Shown piece by piece: positions 1-8,595 of a DNA stretch of 64,000 nt (positions are counted from its first letter, which is position 1; each line of letters opens with the position of its first letter). The position numbers were made by a program, and so were the translations under genes. Below the pieces are notes generated by a model. It ran no database searches, was not told the origin of the DNA, and saw only the letters and a list, made by a program, of their open reading frames with translations. Origin of the DNA: an uncultured Candidatus Binatia bacterium (GTDB lineage: Bacteria; Desulfobacterota; Binatia; Bin18); NCBI GenBank assembly GCA_965200965.1, contig OZ241744.1:128001-192000 (forward strand), in the 5' to 3' direction.

Positions 1-24
1 CAAGAGCGAGGGATAAAAAAGTCG

Positions 25-53
25 TTGCGCGTCTCTGGCAGAAGCGGTAGTAT
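25..53 (+). promoter_or_regulatory. Probable sigma70 promoter of the tRNA pair
   Basis: TTGCGC (25-30), 17-nt spacer, TAGTAT (48-53), about 30 nt upstream of tRNA-Ser. Confidence 0.5.
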
Positions 54-83
54 TCCCGGAGTCAAATCCGAGCGAAACGTCAG

Positions 84-171
<88 letters not shown>

Positions 172-245
172 TCCCCTCAGCCTTTCTCTCGGCGCTTGTC
201 CTTCCCCGGTGGGTATGATAGGCGGAGAGCCTTCCCGCCTCCCAT

Positions 246-320
246 GCGCCCTTAGCTCAGTCTGGATAGAGCGGCAGACTACGAATCTGTAGGTCGGAGG
301 TTCGAATCCTCCAGGGCGCG
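246..320 (+). tRNA. tRNA-Arg(ACG)
   Basis: GCGCCCT/AGGGCGC acceptor stem; anticodon arm GCAGA-CT ACG AA-TCTGT; GGTTCGAATCC; no encoded CCA. Confidence 0.97.
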
Positions 321-372
321 TTTTTGAGCGAGCAGCGGCGCACGGGGAAACAACGGGCAGCAAAGGGGGCGA

Positions 373-798
373 GTGCATGGCGGCCAACCAGCCCAAGGTC
401 CACAGGAAGATGGATACGATACTGGAACAACCGAAATGATTTCCGTGAACTCAGACCCGCCGGGGGCAACGGTCACGTTTTCGCCTGGTGGAACCTGTAT
501 CACCCCGTGCAACCAGGAGGTCAAGAAGAAAGAGGCTATTCACCTGACTATCCGCAAAGACGGATGCCGGACGCATACCATGTCTATGATTTCCACTATC
601 TCCGGCTCCGGGGTTATCTTGGGCGGCTATATTGACTATGGCACAGGGGCAGTCTACCGACACCAACCTAAGCCGCTCTTCGTTCATCTTGATTGCGAGC
701 CGCCCGCGCCGGCACCGGCTCCAACGGCTAGCCCGGTTCCTTCTCCGGCTCCGGCCGTGCAAAAGTTACGAGAAGCCGTTACCCCGGCTATCAAGTGA
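373..798 (+). CDS. PEGA-domain protein, probably 5'-truncated lipoprotein with Pro-rich tail
   Basis: TGTTEMISVNSDPPGATV...TPC...LTIRKDGC...IDYGTGAVY is typical of small PEGA lipoproteins; the expected signal peptide/lipobox before TGTT is missing. Confidence 0.6.
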   Translation: MHGGQPAQGPQEDGYDTGTTEMISVNSDPPGATVTFSPGGTCITPCNQEVKKKEAIHLTIRKDGCRTHTMSMISTISGSGVILGGYIDYGTGAVYRHQPKPLFVHLDCEPPAPAPAPTASPVPSPAPAVQKLREAVTPAIK

Positions 799-853
799 TT
801 GTCTGAGCGATACCCCGCCCAGCACGGGCGGGTTCAGGAAGGAAGGAAAAACA

Positions 854-1997
854 ATGACCTCGCTAGCCTCGTTGGCCTTGGCGGTGTTGGCTCTGCTACT
901 AAGTGGCAGCAACGCAGATGCACATGATTGTTCTAAACGTCTTGCCGGTTCTTTTGCCCCATGCAGCAGCCGGACTTGTAGAACCAGTTATGGGGGGGGG
1001 GACACTCGGGGATCTGCCACCCTCGTTACAACTATGACCGGGCCGCCGAGACGGAGCCCGGTTTTATGGTGTTCAAGGACTATCGGACAGCATTATGGAA
1101 CACTGCTAAGTCTGCGTCTGCTACATCAACATCACTACACACCCTACTCGGCTCTATCCCCGTGCCCAAGCTAAGCGACATTCGAGCTGAGGCGAACAAC
1201 CGATGCGAGGGGACTGTAACCGAGGAGTGGGTAAAACACAATGCTTACTGGGATAACGGACATTACTATGTTTATGAGGGCTGGAAACTCATGGCCGTTT
1301 GTGATGACCCTTCTTTCCGTTTTGCCATATGCCTGACCAACAATAACCGCAGATCGTTTCAGATAATGGGGTCTTCTCATTTTGCCCCCTGTGACATCCG
1401 CTATCATCCTCCTAACTATGATAGTAGGAGTCCCACCAGTTTCTTGCTCATTCCTCAGGAAGACCCCCCGCCACCAACGCCACCAACGCCAAGACATCCG
1501 CCCACTACCCCGAAGACCCCGAAGACCCCGAAGACCCCGAAGAGCCGGAGCCGGAGCCGACGGCTACGTCAACCCGGGCTTGGCTCGAAGTTCCTGCTAA
1601 CGGCTCATTCCAGAGCGGCATAGGGTTTGTCTCCGGCTGGGCATGCGAGGGTGAACGGATACAGATTATTATGAACGGCGGTCTGCACCTTCCGCCGGTA
1701 GCCCGGAATATCAGCCGCGGCGATACCGAAGCCGTATGCGGTGATAGAGAGAATGGCTTTATTCTCTTGTGGAACTGGAACTTGATGGGGGAAGGCCGGC
1801 ATACCGCCGAGCTCGTAGTAGACGGACGGACTATTCAGAGCACCACGTTCACCATTACCACCTTGGGCGAGGAGTTTGTCCGGGGAGCCGCGGGGGAGTG
1901 CTCTATCCCGGATTTTCCCAGCGTCGGAGAGACAGCCCGGTTCTTGTGGCAGGAACCCGTGCAAGGGCTTGTCCTGGTTCCAGACCCGACGGACTAA
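854..1997 (+). pseudogene. Secreted Cys-rich protein with Pro/Glu linker and C-terminal 'LEVP..SFQSGIG..SGWAC..GF.LLWNWNL.G.G' domain, split by two frameshifts
   Basis: RBS and ATG at 854; signal peptide MTSLASLALAVLALLLSGSNADA; continuity is restored by +1 G in G10 (992-1001) and +1 base near 1508-1511; ORF pieces 632..1174, 1066..1623 and 1671..1997. Confidence 0.75.
1508..1543 (+). repeat. 9-bp tandem repeat (CCCCGAAGA)x4 followed by GAGCCG repeats
   Basis: Seen directly; encodes a PEDPEDPEDPEEPEPEP linker in the frame of the downstream domain. Confidence 0.9.
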
Positions 1998-2050
1998 CCC
2001 CACTACCCGGCCCCGGCTCTACCCGGGGCCGGGTTCAGGAAGGACAAGGA

Positions 2051-2710
2051 ATGAAGAAGCGGCCGCTCACAATCACCATCAACTTAGGCAAGGTGAACCC
2101 CGCGGTGAAAGGTTTCCTCCGGGAAGCCGTGACCGAAATGGCAAAGGCGTTCAACAAGTCGGTGCACGAGCAGGTGGAACACACCCTTTTGTTGACCGAC
2201 GATCAAGAGGGCTTTCAAGGCCACACTCTAGCCCGGTTTCACCTCGAACAGCATCGACGGTGTATCGGGCTGGAAACGCCCAAGGATAACGCCGAGGGCG
2301 ACGAGGCGATTCTGCACTATATGCGTCTGCTCATGTTCCAGGCTCTCAAGAACGGGTTATCGCCCGACGAGACATTGGCGAAGGTGCAGGCATTCGTTCA
2401 AGAGCGGCGTTCAAGCCCGCCCATTATGGGGGATGCTCTGCCCAAGCTCATTGCTGATTTTCAAGATTTTGTCAGCAAGCAGCTAGCGGGCTGGCAACGT
2501 GACGGGTTCGACCCGGAGACGCACAAGATACCGCCCTATCAGATGGGCTTCAAAGACCATTGTGTGCTGATTTTGCACATGCAGAGGTATCTTGAACAAA
2601 CGGAGCGGCTCGGCTTCACGGCCGACGGTGCGGTGCAGCACATGCAGATGTATCTCGAAAAAGGGAATGCTCAGACCCCACCGACCGAAGAACACCCCAA
2701 GGGCCACTAG
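2051..2710 (+). CDS. Hypothetical protein (219 aa), possible internal two-fold repeat
   Basis: AGGACAAGGA RBS then ATG at 2051; ends before a terminator; no family recognised. Confidence 0.65.
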   Translation: MKKRPLTITINLGKVNPAVKGFLREAVTEMAKAFNKSVHEQVEHTLLLTDDQEGFQGHTLARFHLEQHRRCIGLETPKDNAEGDEAILHYMRLLMFQALKNGLSPDETLAKVQAFVQERRSSPPIMGDALPKLIADFQDFVSKQLAGWQRDGFDPETHKIPPYQMGFKDHCVLILHMQRYLEQTERLGFTADGAVQHMQMYLEKGNAQTPPTEEHPKGH

Positions 2711-2770
2711 CCCGAAAATCACGCACAGGATGCCCTAGAACGGGCTAAAACCTGTTACCTCTACCCTACT

Positions 2771-2805
2771 TAGCCCTGGTCGGTAGCCCGGCTAGGGCTA
2801 TTTTT
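2771..2805 (+). terminator. Intrinsic terminator
   Basis: TAGCCCTGGTCGG-TAGC-CCGGCTAGGGCTA followed by TTTTT. Confidence 0.75.
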
Positions 2806-2850
2806 ATAGCAAAAATCCTGCTAGTTGGCCGGGTTAGACGCCGAGAGGGG

Positions 2851-2932
2851 AAAAAAAAGCCGCCGGGCTGAACTTGTCAGAAAGCCCGACGGCCTAACCC
2901 CTACTCTAACCAAAAGAAAGGGTTTGCGTTGC
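2851..2932 (-). ncRNA. Putative counter-transcribed (antisense) small RNA
   Basis: Minus-strand TTGACA (2967-2962), 17 nt, TATCCT (2944-2939); the transcript would end at the hairpin GCCGTCGGGC...GCCCGGCGGC plus T8. Confidence 0.6.
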
Positions 2933-3016
2933 ATGAGCAGGATATCCCACACTCAGACCGCTGTCAACACCGAACGCCCGGAGAGGGCAAAAAAAGCCGC
3001 CGGGAAACCCTGCTAG
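2933..3016 (+). CDS. Putative 27-aa leader peptide (MSRISHTQTAVNTERPERAKKAAGKPC)
   Basis: AAGAAAGGG RBS; the stop falls inside the second hairpin, upstream of the HTH gene RBS. Confidence 0.4.
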   Translation: MSRISHTQTAVNTERPERAKKAAGKPC

Positions 3017-3070
3017 GAAAACCCGACGGCTTAGAACCCTCTGCCCTGTAGGGGAAGAAAGGGATTGCTA

Positions 3071-3520
3071 ATGAGCCTCACAACCAACTCTGCCCACACT
3101 GTCAACACCGCCGCCCAACCCTTCCAGCCCGACGAGTACATCCCCGGCTATGCCAGTAAACTCTTACGCCGGTCAGAGTATTTCTTTGCTCTCGGGATGC
3201 TGACAACGGGTTCAGCCTCATTCTTTCCTGGCCGGGCCAAGCTGGCCAAGGGCTTGGGGTGTTGTGAGCGGACAGTCAGCCGCGACGTGACACGCCTGGA
3301 AGCCCTCGGCTACTTCCAACGACGAGGGCAAGACTGCCCCCGGTTTGGGCAATGGGGCGGGATGCTCATTTTACCCAGGCCGAAAATGTGGGGGCTGATA
3401 GCCGACAAGAAGGCGACCCTCTTGCACCCGGAGCGCGTTGGCAGGATTGGTGAGTCGGAAATCAGCCTGGCAGGCGGCAATGAAAGCGCGGGCCATGTCC
3501 CAAAGCGACCGCCAGCCTGA
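3071..3520 (+). CDS. Helix-turn-helix replication-initiator-like protein, probably 3'-truncated
   Basis: FFPGRAKLAKGLGCCERTVSRDVTRLEALGYFQR resembles the winged-HTH (HTH_36-like) N-terminus of phage/plasmid Rep proteins; the C-terminus runs into a convergent ORF. Confidence 0.6.
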   Translation: MSLTTNSAHTVNTAAQPFQPDEYIPGYASKLLRRSEYFFALGMLTTGSASFFPGRAKLAKGLGCCERTVSRDVTRLEALGYFQRRGQDCPRFGQWGGMLILPRPKMWGLIADKKATLLHPERVGRIGESEISLAGGNESAGHVPKRPPA

Positions 3521-3855
3521 AGCCGTGCAAAAGCCGGGTTTTGCTCCAGCTGGGCGGAAAGGCCAGGGGCTTTCAGCAAGGAAATCGTTCCCAGCCGCGG
3601 GGCACGCCGGAGCAGTGCCTCGGCCGGGAGAGGCAGGTGCTGCGGTTGCTGGCGGCTGATGGGCTTCACTGGAAGGGCTGGCTGGGTCTGCACCGGGGCC
3701 GCCTGGAAGCGGGGTTCGCTACAGGCGAGCAACGAAAAAGAGAGCGCTCCCGCGCCACCCGGAACGGCTGGCCAAACGAGGCGAAACGGCGGAGAGACAT
3801 GGGCGTTTTCCCGAGTGCGTGTCGGACAGACGTGGAGACAGGATGGACGGGCCAC
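3310..3855 (-). CDS. Hypothetical (possible lipoprotein), probably truncated at the island junction
   Basis: AGGAGGA RBS and GTG right after the rel stop; LSFSLLAC lipobox-like segment; overlaps the HTH ORF convergently. Confidence 0.4.
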   Translation of the reverse strand: MARPSCLHVCPTRTRENAHVSPPFRLVWPAVPGGAGALSFSLLACSEPRFQAAPVQTQPALPVKPISRQQPQHLPLPAEALLRRAPRLGTISLLKAPGLSAQLEQNPAFARLQAGGRFGTWPALSLPPARLISDSPILPTRSGCKRVAFLSAISPHIFGLGKMSIPPHCPNRGQSCPRRWK

Positions 3856-3869
3856 AATTCCTCCTGCCC

Positions 3870-6026
3870 CTACTGCCGTTCGCGGACCCGACTGACTTTG
3901 ACCACGCCGCGGACCTTGCCCAGATTGTTGACGACCTGCTTCAGGTCTTCGGCGCTGCGGACCATGACCTCGAAGAGGTTGAGCGCACGCTTGTCGGACA
4001 GGGTACGGACATTGGCGCTCTTGATATTGACCTCAACCGAACTGATGGCTTTGCTCATGGCGGCCAACAGGCCGGGCCGGTCTTCCGACAAGACCTCGAC
4101 TTTGACCGTGCGAGTGAAGTCGTCGGCGTTGTCCCAGCTGACCGCGACATGCCGCTGTGGGTCGCTCTCCAGCAATCGCTGACACTCCACCGCATGCACG
4201 GTCGCGCCTTTGCCACGGGTAATCACGCCCAGAATCCGCTCCCCGGGCAGGGGATTACAGCAACGCCCAAAGCGAACCAGGATATCGCCGAGGCCCCCGA
4301 CCCGGACCCCGCTCCGGCCGCTGTCTTCGCGGACCGGCCGGCTGAGGATTTTGTCGCGTTCGGCCTCATCCAGGGCTTGCCACTGCCTGGTGTCGGCGGG
4401 CGGCAGCAGATGGGGCAGCAGATTTCTGACGGTCAACTGACCGTAGCCCAGAGCGGCCAGCAGGGTTTCCTCTCCCTTATAGCCCAGAGCCTTGGTGGCG
4501 GCCTCAAGTTTGCCCTGTTTGCGCAGCGTGGTCGCGTCGAGCTGGTGGCGGACCAGCTCGCGTTCCAACAGCTCGCGACCCAGGGCAATGCTCCGCTCGC
4601 GCTGCTGGGCTTTGACCCACTGCCGAATCCGCGCCTGGGCTTTGGGCGTTTTGACGATTTTGAGCCAGTCTTTGCTCGGCGTCTGGCGCGGTTTGGTCAG
4701 AATCTCTACCGTATCGCCGTTGCGGAGCTGGTAGCGGAGCGGCACCAGGCGGCCGTTGACCCGCCCTCCGGTGCAATGATTGCCGACCTCAGAGTGTACC
4801 CGATAGGCAAAGTCCACGACCGACGCCCCCTGCGGAAAGTTGTGCAGATCGCCCTTTGGGGTGAACACATAGACTTCTTCGGTGAACAGGTCGCCCTTGA
4901 CCGTGTGCAGAAATTCGGTGGGGTCCTGGACCTGCTGCTGCCACTCCAAGAGCTGCCGCAGCCAGGAAAAGCGCTGATCTTCCTCCACCACTCGACGGCC
5001 CTCTTTGTAGGTCCAGTGGGCGGCGATGCCCTCCTCGGCAATGCGGTGCATCTCGTGGGTCCGAATCTGGACCTCGATCCGCTCGCCGTAGGGGCCGACC
5101 ACGGTGGTGTGCAGGGATTGATACATGTTCGCCTTGGGCAGGGCGATGTAGTCTTTGAGGCGGCCGGGGACCGGCCGCCAGTGGCTGTGGACAATGCCGA
5201 GGGCACCGTAACAGTCACCGACCGAATTGACGATGATGCGAAACGCGACCAGATCGTAGATCTGATCGAACAGCAGGTTGTGGGACTCCATCTTTTGATA
5301 GATGGAGTAGAAGTGCTTGGGCCGACCGTGGAGCTGAGCCGGAATCCGGGCCTGGTTGAGCTTGTCTTGCAGGATGCTGATGACGGTGTCGATATAGGCC
5401 GCTCGCTCGGTTTTTTTCTTGGCGATATCGCGTTTGAACTGGCTGTAGATCTCGGGATGGAGGTGGCGCAGGGCGTTGTCTTCCAGTTCGCTTTTGAGCC
5501 AGGAAATCCCCAGCCTGTGGGCCAAGGGGGCATAAATGTCCAGGGTTTCCCCGGCAATCTCACGCTGTTTGTCGGCAGACAGATACGACAGGGTCCGCAT
5601 ATTGTGGGCCCGGTCGGCCAGCTTGACCAGCACCACCCGGATATCACGTCCCATGGCCAGGATCATTTTACGAAAATTTTCGGCTTGGCGTTCTTCGCGG
5701 GTCGTAAAATGGATCTGGCTGATCTTGGTGACCCCATCGACGAGGCCAGCTACCTCTGTCCCAAACTGCTGCTCAAGCTCTTCCAGGGTGGTTAAGGTGT
5801 CCTCGACCGTGTCGTGCAGCAGACCGGTGATGACCGTCGGCACATCGAGCTTCATGGCTGTCAGAATCTTGGCGACCTCAACCGGATGGACAAAGTACGG
5901 CTCTCCAGAACGGCGCTTCTGCCCCTGATGCACGCGTTCCGAGAACTCGTAGGCTTGGGTCAGCAGGCCGATGTTGGCATCCGGCTGATAGGTCTGAATA
6001 GTGTGGATCAACTGCTGGTGAGGCAT
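3870..6026 (-). CDS. rel: Bifunctional (p)ppGpp synthetase/hydrolase (RSH)
   Basis: RRSGEPYFVHP, intact LLHDTVEDT HD motif, GRPKHFYSIY, YQSLHTTV, EVQIRT, TGS and ACT domains; start chosen at MPHQQL. Confidence 0.97.
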   Translation of the reverse strand: MPHQQLIHTIQTYQPDANIGLLTQAYEFSERVHQGQKRRSGEPYFVHPVEVAKILTAMKLDVPTVITGLLHDTVEDTLTTLEELEQQFGTEVAGLVDGVTKISQIHFTTREERQAENFRKMILAMGRDIRVVLVKLADRAHNMRTLSYLSADKQREIAGETLDIYAPLAHRLGISWLKSELEDNALRHLHPEIYSQFKRDIAKKKTERAAYIDTVISILQDKLNQARIPAQLHGRPKHFYSIYQKMESHNLLFDQIYDLVAFRIIVNSVGDCYGALGIVHSHWRPVPGRLKDYIALPKANMYQSLHTTVVGPYGERIEVQIRTHEMHRIAEEGIAAHWTYKEGRRVVEEDQRFSWLRQLLEWQQQVQDPTEFLHTVKGDLFTEEVYVFTPKGDLHNFPQGASVVDFAYRVHSEVGNHCTGGRVNGRLVPLRYQLRNGDTVEILTKPRQTPSKDWLKIVKTPKAQARIRQWVKAQQRERSIALGRELLERELVRHQLDATTLRKQGKLEAATKALGYKGEETLLAALGYGQLTVRNLLPHLLPPADTRQWQALDEAERDKILSRPVREDSGRSGVRVGGLGDILVRFGRCCNPLPGERILGVITRGKGATVHAVECQRLLESDPQRHVAVSWDNADDFTRTVKVEVLSEDRPGLLAAMSKAISSVEVNIKSANVRTLSDKRALNLFEVMVRSAEDLKQVVNNLGKVRGVVKVSRVRERQ

Positions 6027-6691
6027 GGCTGTTCCTGGCCGCGGCCAGCGGCCGGCGGGTTCAGCAGACAATGCAGTGCTGACTGGCTGAAGCGGGAAAT
6101 CCGGGCCCGCTCGGCCCGAATAATGGCCAGCAGGTCGGCCTCGGCTTCTTCGAGCTGCTCGTTCACCACACAGTAATCGTAGTACGCCAGTTGGCCGGCT
6201 TCCTGCCGACCACGGCTGAGGCGGGCGGCAATGGTCTGGGCCGAATCGGTGCCGCGTCCGCGCAGCCGCCGCTCAAGCTCTTGCCACGACGGCGGCAGGA
6301 TAAAAATCGCCACCGTGTGCGGATAGTGGTCTTTGATCTGCCGCGCCCCCTGGACGTCGACATCGAGCAGCAGGTCCCGGCCACCGGCGAGGGCGTCATT
6401 GAGGACGGCGTGGGCGGTACCGTACAGTGCGCCGTGGACTTCGGCCCATTCGACAAAGGCGTTGGCTTGGCGGAGCCGCGCAAACTCGGCTTTGGTCACA
6501 AAGTGATACGCCTGCCCATCGACCTCTCCGGGTCGAGGCTGGCGGGTGGTGTATGAGATCGAGGCGGACAACTGGGCAACCCCGGCGAGCAGCCGTCGGG
6601 CCAGCGTGGTCTTGCCCGTTCCAGACGGAGCCGACAGGAGAAAAAGCGCTCCCCGCCGGGGGAGGCAAAAACGGTGAGCTTGGCGCGACAT
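6008..6691 (-). CDS. gmk: Guanylate kinase
   Basis: SAPSGTGKTT P-loop, SYTTRQPRPGEVDG, YGT, DVDVQGA. Confidence 0.97.
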   Translation of the reverse strand: MSRQAHRFCLPRRGALFLLSAPSGTGKTTLARRLLAGVAQLSASISYTTRQPRPGEVDGQAYHFVTKAEFARLRQANAFVEWAEVHGALYGTAHAVLNDALAGGRDLLLDVDVQGARQIKDHYPHTVAIFILPPSWQELERRLRGRGTDSAQTIAARLSRGRQEAGQLAYYDYCVVNEQLEEAEADLLAIIRAERARISRFSQSALHCLLNPPAAGRGQEQPCLTSS

Positions 6692-6695
6692 GTAC

Positions 6696-7571
6696 TTACT
6701 CTATATTCTGCACTTGTTCGCGCAATTTTTCCACTTCCTCTTTGGCCTCGACAACCAAATGGCGGAGCGGGGCGTCATCGGCCTTGGCCCCGATCGTATT
6801 GACCTCGCGGTTGATCTCCTGAAGCAGAAAATCGAGCCGTTTGCCGACCGGTTCGTGGGTGGTGATGAGAGCTGTCATAGCCTCCAGATGGCTCTGGAAA
6901 CGGACGAGTTCTTCAATGATATCACTTTTCTGGGTGGCCGCCACCACCTCCTGAAGCAGGCGTGACTGGTCGAGCCGGGTGCCGGCCAGAAAAGTTTTGA
7001 CCCGTTCGGTCAGCCGCTGACGGGCTGCCGCCTGAACCCGGCCGCTCCGACGGCTGGCCGCCCGTCTGATCTTGCTCAAGCTGGAAACCCGGTGGCGCAG
7101 CTCACGCCGCAGAGATCTGCCCTCTCGGCTGCGCTGGCCGTCGAGGCTGCGCAGCGCCTTGCTGACCGCCTTTTGGGCCGCCTGGAGCTCGGTCTGGCTG
7201 AGCTGTGGCTGGGCGCTGACCTGGAACAACTCCGGCCGTGAGGCCAACAGCCGGAGGTCAAGCAGGGTGTCGAGGCCGAGCTCTTTTTGCAGTTCGCCAA
7301 ACGCCCGGCGATAGGCCCGGGCCAGATCACGGTTGAGGGAGACCGTATAGGTCTGCGCCACCCGCCCGCTCAGGTTGAGCGACAGATCAAGCCGGCCGCG
7401 ACCGACCGCGGCGCTCACCTGTCGCCGGAGCGCATCTTCCCAGGGCAGGAAGAGACGCGGGAGCGACATTTTTATTTCCAGAAAGCGATGGTTGACCGTC
7501 CGTATTTCAGCGCTCACCCGTCCGCCGGGAAAGCTCGCGCTGCCGCCTCCATAGCCCGTCATACTTCGCAT
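6696..7571 (-). CDS. yicC: YicC/YloC family endoribonuclease
   Basis: MRSMTGYG start, VGKRLDFLLQEINREVNTIGAK, EKLREQVQNIE end. Confidence 0.96.
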   Translation of the reverse strand: MRSMTGYGGGSASFPGGRVSAEIRTVNHRFLEIKMSLPRLFLPWEDALRRQVSAAVGRGRLDLSLNLSGRVAQTYTVSLNRDLARAYRRAFGELQKELGLDTLLDLRLLASRPELFQVSAQPQLSQTELQAAQKAVSKALRSLDGQRSREGRSLRRELRHRVSSLSKIRRAASRRSGRVQAAARQRLTERVKTFLAGTRLDQSRLLQEVVAATQKSDIIEELVRFQSHLEAMTALITTHEPVGKRLDFLLQEINREVNTIGAKADDAPLRHLVVEAKEEVEKLREQVQNIE

Positions 7572-8587
7572 GGGTAGGTCTCGTACAGGACTGTTCGCAG
7601 CTCTGCCGGGCTGATGGTGGCGGTGCCGACTTTGCCAACCACGACACCGGCCGCATGGTTGGCAAAGATGGTCGCCGTTTCAAGACAGGTGCCGGCCCCG
7701 AGGGCCAGCGCGCAGGTGGCCTGAACGGTGTCCCCGGCCCCGGTGACATCAAAAACCTCACGCGCCACGGTTGGAAAATGGCGGACCGCCCTGCCCGCCT
7801 GAAACAAGCTCAGGCCGTCCTCGCCGCGTGAGATGAGCACCGCCGGGGTTTGCCAGCGGTCGAGCAGCCGGGTGCCGGCCTCGGCGAGGCTGACCTCGTC
7901 GTGAATGACCAAGCCGGCGGCTTGGCCGGCTTCTGCCAGATTGGGTTTGACCACACTCGCCCCTCGATAATGGGCAAAGTTGGGCGGTTTGGGGTCAATC
8001 ACATACACAAAGCCGTACTGCCGGCGTAGCTTGGCCAACAGACCGAGCAACTCGGCGTCGATTGCTCCTTTGCCGTAGTCGGAAACCACTACAACGTCAC
8101 ACCCGCTGATGTGGCCGCGTACAAAGGCGCGCAGCCGGGCCAGGACCCGGCTATCAATGGCGTGGCGTGGCTCACGGTCAAGCCGAACGACCTGTTGGCT
8201 ATGGGCAATAATCCGCGTCTTGCTGATCGTTGCCATACTCCGGCTGAGCAGGAGGCCGCTGACCTCGGCCCCACTGGCGGCCAGTTCCTGGACGAGGCGT
8301 CGCCCGTCTTGGTCCCGGCCGACCAGGCCGCAGGCGATGACCTGGCCACCGAGGGCACGAATATTGGTGATGACATTGCCGGCTCCGCCAGCGCGCAGGC
8401 TCTCGTCGGCGACCCGCACGACCGGGACCGGCGCTTCGGGAGAAATCCGCTCAACTTGGCCCCAGAGGTAGCGGTCCAGCATCACATCACCGACCACCAG
8501 AACACGCACACCGGAAAAGCGTTCCAGCACGGCGCAGATATCCGGGACGGGCGGGGCGTCAGACCGTGCAGACGGGTGTCGGGCCAT
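7559..8587 (-). CDS. rfaE1: D-glycero-beta-D-manno-heptose-7-phosphate kinase
   Basis: VVGDVMLDRYLWGQVERISPEAPVPVV, SDYGKG, DVTGAGDTV (PfkB fold; stand-alone HldE kinase domain). Confidence 0.95.
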   Translation of the reverse strand: MARHPSARSDAPPVPDICAVLERFSGVRVLVVGDVMLDRYLWGQVERISPEAPVPVVRVADESLRAGGAGNVITNIRALGGQVIACGLVGRDQDGRRLVQELAASGAEVSGLLLSRSMATISKTRIIAHSQQVVRLDREPRHAIDSRVLARLRAFVRGHISGCDVVVVSDYGKGAIDAELLGLLAKLRRQYGFVYVIDPKPPNFAHYRGASVVKPNLAEAGQAAGLVIHDEVSLAEAGTRLLDRWQTPAVLISRGEDGLSLFQAGRAVRHFPTVAREVFDVTGAGDTVQATCALALGAGTCLETATIFANHAAGVVVGKVGTATISPAELRTVLYETYPCEV

Positions 8588-8595
8588 GTCTGTCC

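Larger units (their letters stand above)
2843..3110. repeat. Degenerate tandem duplication, period 138 bp
   Basis: GAGAGGG-A-run-GCCGCCGGG...CCCGACGGC at 2843 and 2981; AAGAAAGGG RBS in both units; ATGAGC at 2933 and 3071; CTGTCAACACCG at 2961 and 3099. Confidence 0.9.
321..3440. mobile_element. Relic integrated element (phage/plasmid-like island) downstream of tRNA-Arg
   Basis: Directly follows the tRNA 3' end; visibly less GC-biased codon usage; orphan ORFs, truncated genes at both edges and an HTH Rep-like gene; no integrase or att repeat seen; right boundary approximate. Confidence 0.6.

Noticed and set aside
1992-2040. Integron attC site
   Set aside because: Too short, poor RYYYAAC/GTTRRRY match, and no integron integrase.
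2843-3110. CRISPR or iteron interpretation of the tandem repeat
   Set aside because: Two long degenerate units with promoter, terminator and RBS features; not short identical repeats with spacers.
3819-5795. 658-aa plus-strand ORF and similar long antisense ORFs (41218-42612, 45364-46680, 34282-35916, 61517-62845)
   Set aside because: Shadow frames of well-supported genes on the opposite strand, expected in high-GC DNA.
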